NCBI RefSeq assembly: GCF_964204645.1
Contig: NC_134028.1
Coordinates: 2,046,001 to 2,110,000, forward strand
Source: Tubulanus polymorphus
Taxonomy: Eukaryota > Animalia > Nemertea
Length of the DNA stretch: 64,000 nt
Direction: 5' to 3'
Position 1 is the stretch's first letter. Each line of letters begins with the position of its first letter. This document shows, piece after piece, positions 1 through 9,981 of the stretch. Below the pieces are notes generated by a model that did no database searches, was not told where the DNA came from, and saw nothing but the letters and a program-made list of their open reading frames with translations. The position numbers were made by a program, and so were the translations under genes.

Positions 1-3000
1 GGTGATTCGAGTCCAGTTGCTCGTACGGGTTTTCGCACGTGTAAAAGAACGGACCGATCGATCGGTATTTTTCGCGGAATTCGATTTGACGCACGTCGAA
101 GTTCGCCGACTTTCGTCGAATGTTCGACACCTCCGATGTTTGTAGTGGCGCCACCTGCTGTTTGGTTGTGATACCGATCTTTTTTGTGTTGTTCCATTGC
201 TCCGGCAGTTCCTAAACAACATAAACATTACAAGTTCATACACTATTCATGTATATATGATTATTCTGACAGACCAAGGTGCTGCGTAGGCTTTTATAGC
301 CAAGTGAATTCTCTTCAACCAATGAAATTGCAGGATTGTCAGAGTATTTCACATGAAGTTTTATGCAATGGTGCGCGGTCTGTTGAAAATCTGTTATCAT
401 TTCTTCATTCTCCACACAAATCACTACTTGGTTTAAGCCTTTAAACTCCCAGTAGACTATATTGTGTATAAAAGAACTGTATTCACCAAAGCGACAAGTA
501 GAAAGACCAGTTCAAGGCTTAATAGTGATCTGCATGAGAAACTTAGCTGTACAGATAACAACTCAGAATAGAACGCAGGCCTACAGAAAATCAATGTATT
601 ACCCCAAACAAGCGGTTACAAAACGTTCAAAGCCTTAGCAGTGAAAATAAATCAATATCTTTTCTTACCTGTAGCTGAAGATGAACTTCTTCGGGCATTT
701 CCTGTTCGTAAGTCTTCAGAAGTTCGATCGTCTGTTTCAAAGGTTCGAACATTTCGTCGGTGGTCGCTTGGCGATCTTTAACGGCCATAAGATGACCCAT
801 GACGGCGACGAGTTCGTCGTATTCGCCCTCCTCGATATGAGCCGTTAAACCCTTATCAGCTGTCTTAATGAATTCACCCAGTTCATTCAAACTGAAACAC
901 GAACATAGAACATAATTTCATCCATCTTGACGCGAAATGCAGCCCTGGTAAGTGAATATAACGTACCTATTAGTGACGTGATCGATGAGATGTTGTTTGA
1001 ACATGAAACTCCAACGTTTGATGATGTTCAGTAACGCTTGTTTGAACGGTTTCGAATCGACTTGGAACCATGATTCGAACAAAGTCATATATTCCAACGT
1101 TTCGACTTCCTCGTAGATCTTCTCGTACGCGTCGATCTGAATTTCAATGAGAAAAAAACATGATAAATATGTAGGTGGCTTATTGAAGAATGATGTGGGT
1201 GAACTGAAGCCAAACATCGTAATACGACAAGAGCAGACGGAACCAGTTTCAATACGAAGGTAGGAAGTCTTAGAATTTGACTCAAGTAGCCAACATTGTG
1301 GCTATAAAGACAAAATATTAGATTGGTTTTACCAGTAAATTGAAACCTGACTAAGCTATTGCTGAAGTAACTAAGGGGATTCTTCAGTTTGAATTCAAAG
1401 TGGTCTCTGAAGAAGGTAGGGTAGTGAAGATGAAATAATTACCTGTTCTTTGAATTGTTCGAGTGTTGGAGGTGATTCAGGAACCCCGTCCTCGGCGTGA
1501 GCCTCTATTTCTTCGGTCGTTAATACGTGGTTATACAACAAGAATTGACGCATGAATTCGTTTCGATCGTCGACCCACAAATACGCGTAATTATCAAACG
1601 AGTTTCTATATTCGCACGCTTTGTTCATCACGTTCTGAACGCGATCCATTAATTCTTGTCTCATTTCGGAGAGATCGTCCATCTCTTCTAAATCGGGCTG
1701 AAATGGACGCAACATGTAATGAAGCAACGGAAAACGAACAGCAACAAGTTTCAGTGAAGAAAAACAAACGACATAAAGAGTTTTGAAAATAGCTCGTGGA
1801 ATTGAGTCAAAACGTCAAATACACTTGAAGTTTTTTTTCATATTGTGGATTTTCTTCAATTGAATTAAACGTTCACTTTTTCACTGAAACCAACTTTCAT
1901 TGAGATTGTCACTAATATTCCAACATTGATCAATGCGATCCTTGGACACAATTCAGTTCTACACTTGTGAGTTACGTTACAGTCTCAATTTTTGCTCGAG
2001 GAGCACGTATTTGAACTAGGATGAAATCAAATAGGATACCTGTACTTTATAAATAATATCTATTGTCTATCATTATATAGAATTAGAATAGCTGAAAATG
2101 AACGATTTCAACTCAATAGGTTCCACTTGCAACTTGGGAAAAACAAAACCACTTTGCTTTGCGTACCTGATAATGTTCGTGACCGCTATGAGCCGCTAAT
2201 CGCGGGATCAACGAAGCTTGTTTGTAAATATCGCCGACGATACCGTCGACGAGATCGTAGAATCCGTCTGCTACTCCGTAATCGAGCGACGGTAAAAACA
2301 CCATATCCGGAACTTGTAGTTCGAGATGAGCGACGAACAACGGGTCGGCGATCTGTTTCACTTCGGTGTTCTCCAGTAAGAAATTCAAACTGCAGTGGAT
2401 CGTATAGAAATATCCTTCGATTACCATTTCATCGACGTAATCGACGTACGCCTTCCAAACATCGCTGTTACTGTCCGCTTTGAAGAATTCGAGATTTTCC
2501 TGAAGAAATTGATAACACGTATGTAATCATGACTTTCAGCCCTGACTTCCTTAAACAGCTGGGTCCAGTTCCACAGTTCGGAGTTAAGATTTGACCCTGA
2601 GTTAACTCATTGAAAATGAACTAATCTTAACTCAAGAGTTAACTCTAACTCACAACTGTGGAACTGGGTCCAGTTGCTCAAAAGTTGGTTAACGATAACC
2701 AGTGGATAAATACCATAGTAACAGTTAAGTTTTTATTATCACTATGTCAACTATCCACTGGTTAACTCTAACCAACCTTCGAGCAACTGGCCCCTGGAGG
2801 GAAAATCCATCCCCGTGCATTTTTTAAACAGGCATACCAATGTTTAATTACAACTTTAATACACCAGGATGCGGTGTACTAGCAAAGTCCATCGCCAATT
2901 CATACATTGCACCATGGTGTAGATGCACTGAAAGGGTTAATCCTGACACAGGTGTACTCACTAGAGGGTCCAGGACCCAGTTCCACAGTTCTGTGTTAAG

Positions 3001-6000
3001 ATTTGGTTCTGAGTTAACTCAGTGAAAATGAACTAATTTTAACTCAGACTTAACTTTAACTCACAACTGTGGAACTGGATCCTGGTCAATAAAGATACTG
3101 AAGAATAACTGACCTTTAACAACGCGTGAATCTTTTCGCCGTTCTGTCTGATTTCCGTGTAACGTCGATTCAGACGTTCGGCTCGATCGTCCAGATTCAT
3201 CAATGAATCGTGTTTACTTTCTTTACGCTCGAATAACGGCTGTTTGCTCCACGTGGCCATGATCGTTTGAATCTTTTCCACGTTGTCTTTAGCTTTCTGC
3301 ACGCGCATTTCCAGATCGTGTACTAGATCACGCGTTGCTTGGATGTACTCCCAAACACCTGCATATTAATGGACAGTTACCACATTTAGACAACAATTAT
3401 ATCAAAATCGTTCTCAAAAGTTAAGTCAATTGAGTTAAGTCATATTTTTGAGCATGAGTAATTACAAATTCAATTCTTATAGACAGAATTCTCTTTCTTT
3501 CATCTTTCTTAAAGTAATCGGTGTGTGTGGAAATGGTTTCTGAGGCTTATTAGGTTCTTGAATACAAAGTTACTGACTAACCTTCACCATTCCAGTTCAG
3601 AGATTGTTCGGCTTGCTGTAATTTGATATCGATTTCCTCCAGTTGACCTTCGACTAGCGGGAATTCGACCTCCAAAACGGTCTCGCGTACGCGGTTGTAC
3701 CACTGCACGGTGAGGTCGAGATTAGCGACGTATTGACGCAACGTTTCATTACGCGAATACATCTCCGAGGCGCTCGCCGGAATATCTTCCGATTGACGGA
3801 TATCGAGATATTTCACTTCGCGTAGCACGGCGACTAACTGTCAACAGATCATAAAATCGAAAAATTAGTCGTGAAAATACGGGTGATTAGACGCGTTATA
3901 GATTTCACTTTTTCAGAAATTACCTGCGGATCAAAGTTGACAGAGATGAGTTTATTTTCTTCGTTTCTCGTAATCAGCGGTTGAGCCAAATTGAACGAAC
4001 ACGCTTCATCTACGCTAGCGACCCATTCATCAAATATTCCAATATCGTACCTGAAAAATTAATCGTAACAAAGTTCCATCATTTTTCAATACAATTTGCT
4101 TCTTTTTGCGACGAATTGCGGATGATTTCGCGTAATACTTACTTGCCGAGTAATTCTAACATCTCGTCGTATTTCTCGTAAACGAGTTTCGCCTCTTTAC
4201 TCTCCATGCACGGATGTTCGATATGTTTAAAACTACCCATCGGCACGGTGATCCGATCACGCAGCTCCTGCGACCATTTCAACCCGCCGGTGACGTTCGG
4301 CATGTTTTTATGCGATCGCGGGCGGCCGTGATCTTTCGTTTCTTGCATGTATCGGTCGTAGATCATTTTCGCTTGGTTCAAATCGGAGTCCATCAATATC
4401 ACGATCGACGGATATCGACTGTCGAAGTCGTCTTTAATTACGGTTCGTTCGATTAGCGAACCGAGGATATCTAACAACTGAAACAGAGAAATAATGAGTA
4501 ACGAATAATAGCGGCTAAGGGGGTCAGGTACAAGACTCGTTTATTGGAGAACTTACTTTGAATATAGATTCAAGGCCGGAACAATCGTCAAAAGCTTGAC
4601 AGACAATAGCTCCAAGACGTCGGTCTAAATCAGCGATCTGGCTTTTGAAATTATCGTAGTCTTTGATGAACGCCTGCAACAAAAATTAAGATTTTGCAAA
4701 AATTTTGAGAAAACAGCATAAAAATATAAACCGGTTGGCTCTAAAGGGTCGAGTTGAACTTACATCATCTTTAGGATCCATGCAATCGTAGGTGCTTTCA
4801 GCGAATACTTTATACAATTCATTAAACTCGTCGAAAATACTAACAACTTGCGCACTAAGCATCTTTCCTTTAATTCCGCCGAATTCAACCTTTTCCAGTT
4901 TCATGAATTCCATCGCGGTGTCAAACAGTTCCTGAAAATAATATAACGAAGCAAACTATAGACATATGACAGCAACTGGCATCGACAACGTATTTCACCA
5001 TCGATATCGAACTTTTCAGAGAATGAATTTTATGAAGAACTTACATTAACAGTCGCGACTCGCTCCATGAATTTATCGTATCTCGCGAATACGAGAGGGT
5101 TCGCGAACTCCCATTCTTTCGGCTCGTTACCGTCTTTGAAATATTCGGTGAGTTTCGCGCGGTGAGTTTCGTACGAACTCTTGAAGTACTGTAACACTTT
5201 GTAAGCTTGTTGCACTTTTTCAGCCGTTTCCTCGATTTCTCCCTTGAACAATTCTTGCGGCTCGAGGAAGTTCGTGCACTATAAAGTTAAGTAAATGAAG
5301 ATGAAACATTTGCCAAACATTTGCCGTATGACCGAGGCATTATTCTAAATCAATGAACTCTTTTTGATGGATAGTCTAAGGAGGGCCCTTTACAGTCATA
5401 GCTCGAATGGTCTTCATTTGTATGACAAGGCCTTAATTACCCAAGTCGGGTTCTGGAAGTCATTGATCTAATCCATGACTGTGATACTGGTCAGAGGAAG
5501 ACTCATTGAAGATGACAGGTACTTACAGCGTTTATGAATAGATTACAGACTTCTTGTAAGAGCACAATAATACGAGCGGGTGTATTATAGTATTTACTAT
5601 TAGACCACACCAGACATAATGTATGCATCAGAGGATCGATGAACGGTTGACAATCGCCGAAATCTGCCTGTTCCAAATCTTCGAACTGACACTGCATCGG
5701 CTTCAAGTGAATGTTGATGTCTTGAGCTTCGGTCAAAGCTAAAATTTGAAGAAAAACAAACATACGCAATGAATATACCGAAATTGGAATATCTTTGTTT
5801 TGCGGATAATCTCGAGATTTAGTTACCTTCAACTACATCTCTGAAAATATTTCTGAACGAAGGGAAATAACTACTGTTGGTACGCTCAAGAAGTTCAGCC
5901 ATTTTTCGCACTTTTGGATCCCTGAGCTGCAACAGATCGAAAAGCAGAAATTCGTTGAATTTGATAAGTCACAGAATTATCAGAATTTCCCCCACAAATT

Positions 6001-7456
6001 TCAGCTAGATTAGACAAAAACTGCCTGAAAAGGAAAATGACTTTAATACCTGGTCGTAAATGCAGTCAAGATTTTCCATCTTGGCTTTCCAGAATTGTAC
6101 TTCGACGAATGGCGTAGGATTGAGTCCTTCGAGTAATGGCTGCGCTGAATCACGTTTGAGCACATCTCTGATCTGATGGGTCCATTCGATTATAACCGAT
6201 TCTATCGAGTGCACCAAATTTCGGTCGTAAGTTTCTGGCCTATAACGAGAAAAATGACGATAACTAATTTTGATAAATTTCTGATAAAAACTATCGATTA
6301 AGTCATAACTCATCTCGACAATAAGTCAGAAAAATCTAGTCGGAACGAAGTCTTTATTTTACGTACTTTTCTTCGAGTTCTTGTTGTTCGACTTTCTCAG
6401 CTCCGACGGGTAACGGTAACAATGTCTTACCCTTCACCTGACCAGCAACGACGTATACGCTACTCTTTAAATTGTGCACGTGACGTAAAACATCCTGCGA
6501 TACAACATGCGGCCATTGCTCGTGATTACGTTCATTAGATAACAATGGAACCAATACCTGAAAAATTAATATCAGTTTTCATTTATCACTAAAAGAAAGG
6601 CATAGAACCATCAACAAAAAAGGTCGACTCGCGCGAACACCAGGGGTCAATTTTTAGACATAGGTCAAGTTTTCCGAAGAAGTTGAAATGCTGAAGTTTT
6701 AATGTTGTCCTCATTGAAAACATTCACATTTAGCAACGAAAGCAAATATTTGACAATAGTTTACTCTATTAGTTTAACTAATCGAAAATGAACTTCTTTT
6801 AAATCAAGAGAAGAGTTTTTAACTCTTATTTACAACCGGTGAATTTGGTCTTGTGGCCGTAAGTTTTGAGCCAAGTCTGGCCATAATTTCTAACTGCTAG
6901 GGGTTAACTCAATAGTTCAGCTGGTTTAGGTTAAAAATAGAACTAGGTCTAGCCCTTAAGTAATAGCCTCTTAAAAAGACCCTAACTTTTACTCTGTTTG
7001 AATCATTTTCATAGACACACATAGTCATAGCAATTAGTCCTGATTAAAACTTATCTAGTCAATGTTCTCTAGAGACTAGAATTCAAACTTGGGTCCTACC
7101 TCATCGACAAAGGCTGAAAGCTGATCAACAGGCGAATAGGCGAGATCACCGTATAACATCGACGTTCGGAAATTCATATCTTTACCAACGGCTTCTTTCT
7201 TCTTTTTGATGAAATAACACGCTTTATTTTTCAACTGCGTCGGCCAATCGTGTTGAACCGACAAACCGCCGGATGCCGTGGCAACGACGAGAAGTTTCGG
7301 AATGTCATTCTTTTCGAAAAAGTCCATGAAAAGCTGTTTGTTTTCATCGACGCTGTACATCTTCGTCCATTTGTCCGCTTTTAGTTTGAACGTTTTTAAC
7401 GCATAATCGGCGATAAATTCCACCCGATTATCGTTCAATTCCAACTCGTTCGCCAT
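1..7456 (-). CDS. DNAH9: Axonemal dynein heavy chain, outer-arm beta type (DNAH9/11/17 family, 'dynein beta chain, ciliary'); N-terminal tail region only, gene continues off the left edge
   Basis: Exons inferred with GT-AG boundaries and consistent phases: 7456-7100, 6557-6367, 6239-6050, 5926-5827, 5738-5527, 5278-5045, 4931-4764, 4673-4557, 4477-4143, 4050-3924, 3837-3582, 3358-3114, 2499-2167, 1697-1443, 1136-967, 891-669, 212-<1. The translation carries beta-DHC tail motifs: WPHVVSQDVLRHVH, GKTLLPLP, IESVIIEWTHQIRDVL, YNTPARIIVLLQE, NMPNVTGGLKW, LLNIIKRWSFMFKQHL, ELPEQWNNTKK. The symbol is a family-level call; exact orthology among DNAH9/11/17 is unresolved. Confidence 0.95.
1951..1985 (-). 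repeat. Degraded fragment of the family-A MITE terminus
   Basis: attcagttctacacttgtgagttacgttac resembles the reverse complement of the family-A right end (cccagttccacagttgtgagttagagttaac). Confidence 0.45.
2559..2673. mobile_element. Short palindromic MITE, family A, copy 1 (dynein intron)
   Basis: Terminal inverted repeats ctg-GGTCCAGTTCCACAGTT ... AACTGTGGAACTGGGTC-cag; a near-identical copy is at 2971-3084. Confidence 0.8.
2664..2796. mobile_element. Short palindromic MITE, family B, overlapping the right end of family-A copy 1
   Basis: TIRs ctg-GGTCCAGTTGCTCAAAAGTTGGTT ... AACCAACCTTCGAGCAACTGGCCC-ctg; inner inverted pair AACCAGTGGATA / TATCCACTGGTT; CTG on both sides. Confidence 0.75.
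2971..3084. mobile_element. Short palindromic MITE, family A, copy 2
   Basis: cag-GACCCAGTTCCACAGTT ... AACTGTGGAACTGGATC-ctg; the interior (gagttaactca-tgaaaatgaactaat) matches copy 1. Confidence 0.8.
6641..6983. mobile_element. Possible decayed MITE in dynein intron 1
   Basis: Imperfect inverted termini gggtcaatttttaga ... tcttaaaaagaccc; no second copy in this window. Confidence 0.3.
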
Positions 7457-7685
7457 TTTTATTTCTTTTCACACGGTTCGCGCCCGTTAAAAAAACAAGA
7501 AATATCAGCGAATTTAACAGTTCTTCTACTTATCAATTTATTCTAGACGTTCTCTAGCTGTCTATCTTCATTATTTAGAGCCGCTTGCTTAGTTTATCGA
7601 CGGGATTTATTGCAGAAATCAACGGTAATACTGCCGACTTCTCCCCGGCCCAGCTCTGTACTGTCTTGTGTACTGTTGGAACTCG

Positions 7686-7700
7686 GTTGCCCGTGGTAAC
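7686..7700. promoter_or_regulatory. RFX X-box upstream of the dynein heavy chain gene
   Basis: GTTGCC-CGT-GGTAAC fits the RFX consensus GTNRCC(N0-3)RGYAAC and lies 230 bp upstream of the dynein ATG. RFX control of ciliary genes is well established. Confidence 0.7.
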
Positions 7701-7942
7701 CAACGTAAACTGTAATTGTTGAACCATAACGATCCTGTTGCAGATGGCAGCACAAATCGGTGTGAACAGTACTGATTATAAACGGGTGCCTCCAGAAGTT
7801 TTGGGTGGCTCCAATGCCGGTTTTAAAACGAAGCGCGATTGACCCAATCAAGTCAAGAATTTCGAAGAAAAGCTGCAGACATGATATACATTTTTTTCAT
7901 GATGCGGATAGTTGCTTTTTTGTATCGTGGACTCAGTGGGTA

Positions 7943-8222
7943 TCGACTTGACCGACCTGGTTCCGCCGCGGGTCGGGCAAAGAGCTGAGGCACCGCGGCA
8001 CCTGTGATGGTCCGTCGGTGTTTTTTATCCGTCGACGGGAGTTTTTGCCGGAATAATTGAAAAGTGCGGCCCAAATTGCACCCGCCCTCGATCACGGGCC
8101 GCGAAGGTGCCGCGATTTTTATGACCCGGGCCCTTCAAGGCTTCTCACCGGGCCGGGCCGCGCCGCGAGAGCTGTTGACCCGGCCTGCGTTGCTATGCAA
8201 GAGCTCGTGCCTATATAACTAG
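7943..8222 (+). mobile_element. GC-rich self-complementary element with a Helitron-like 3' terminus (alternatives: structured ncRNA or CpG-island promoter)
   Basis: Abrupt GC-rich island. Near-palindrome GCAAGAGCTCGTGC (8197-8210) is followed 8 nt later by CTAG|T (8219-8223). A candidate 5' A|TC is at 7942-7944, but this boundary is uncertain. Internal inverted repeat 7994-8003 / 8105-8114. Confidence 0.4.
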
Positions 8223-9981
8223 TGACAATAGGTACAATCGGTCTTTAAAAATAGCTGTTTACCAATTGAATTGAAATAGCAGTACTACAACGCGTTACTA
8301 GATTGGTGCCGGGGAACTGCCACTTGTGACTGAGTCCGGGTAGAGACATTTTACTGAACGTCGGTCGACAGTTCATGCGCTATGCACGACTGAGTAACAG
8401 ACGTTTTCAGACACGACTTTTACCGCTTTGCAGTAGAGATTTACCTGACCGATTTCAGCTTTACGTAAGTGTGGTTTACAACAGCATGTTTTGCAGGCAG
8501 TAGATAATTAATCAGGTAGTATCTCATTGATACAAACGATATCACGATTCACGCGTTGCGGTCACTGTTTTGCAGAACACGCTTTACTTGTATTTTGGAA
8601 ATGAAAGTTCAGTTCTCCGTGTTTTTGCAAACGTGTCATAGAATTTTCAGTGACGAAGTTATTTTGGTTATTTGCTATTTCATGCGAAGCTCGAAGACGT
8701 TTCATTTTGAGGCAACTTGCTATGCCAACAAAATGCACGTTGGTTTTTTGATTCAACTGGGGAACAAAATATGTTATGCGTCGGTTTTGTTTTTTTTTGT
8801 CACTGGTTTTATTGTTAAAGAGTTGTCTGCCAACCAATTATTTTAGACGACGTTTGTTGCCTGCGTTCCGCTATTTTTTAATGAACGATAGAAAAAAAAT
8901 CCTCCCATGTTTGACATGTCTCTATGATGCATGGTATGGTGTTTATATTTCTTTCTAAGGTTACCGAGATAGAATCTATGGACCGTTAGTGTAGGCGGAC
9001 ATTTTTCGCATACTTATTTATGCATTAGTATCCCTTTCATTTCAAACTTTAAAGTTGAAGTACACCGAATTCGCTTAAAGTCTAAGCCGGTGTCAATGAT
9101 ACAAACTGAACTTTAGCCAGCATTATCGCGCGCAAGTACTAGTAAGTTAGTTCATAGGTCAATCGCTATGTCAGAAAACCAATTCGTCTTATGTGAGATT
9201 CATCTTTTAAGGAAAATAATGAAAATCTCAATTGAAGTATACGTGTTAAAAACCCCCAGAAATAACGCCGACAGAAAGACAAATCGGTAAGTAGTAGGCC
9301 TATGTTAAGAAATAATCATTCTTTCCGACTTGGCCGGTACCGCATATTCTTCTTGCAATTATCAATCGGAAAAGATAATTTTTGTTGGCTGACGTCCCAT
9401 TCCAAGCGACCATTGCCAAGAACGTATGAGTAGGTCTGTCAAGGTAAGCGGGGATTTATAACGAAGTTACTTTCGCGTATAACTGAGTTACGGAGCGTGC
9501 TATTCGTTGACAGCATCAGAGCGTCAAAGCGTCGAATCCTAACATATGATTAGATTTTTTATTGGAACATTAGATCTAAGTGGATTCACGTATAGATCAC
9601 AAAAGGTATTATATCCATTAAACTATGAATGAATGAATGAAAAATGCCCGAATAATCACGTATCAATAGTTTTCCTTTTTTAAATGACACAGCCGGCAAA
9701 TATCATATACGATTTAACTGTATGCGTATTATAGCGACTATGATAAGTTGTATATATATATATACAATACATCGCATGTTATTAAGGGATTTGTGCTGAA
9801 GAAGTTGAACTCTACTCTACATGTGATATATATGATTCCTTATCTTACTTCATTTGAATCGTTTGTCGGGTGTGAGACTGAACTGATATTTCCTCGTTAT
9901 TCTATTGGAGAAAGTATCATCATGTATTAATCCCAGTTGATGAATCGTGCTTTATGTGATATATTTTCAGTTGTGCCAGGT

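Noticed and set aside
2127-2483. Arg-rich plus-strand ORF (and similar antisense ORFs such as 4214-4456)
   Set aside because: These are shadows of CpG-rich dynein exons on the opposite strand, with no independent protein signature.
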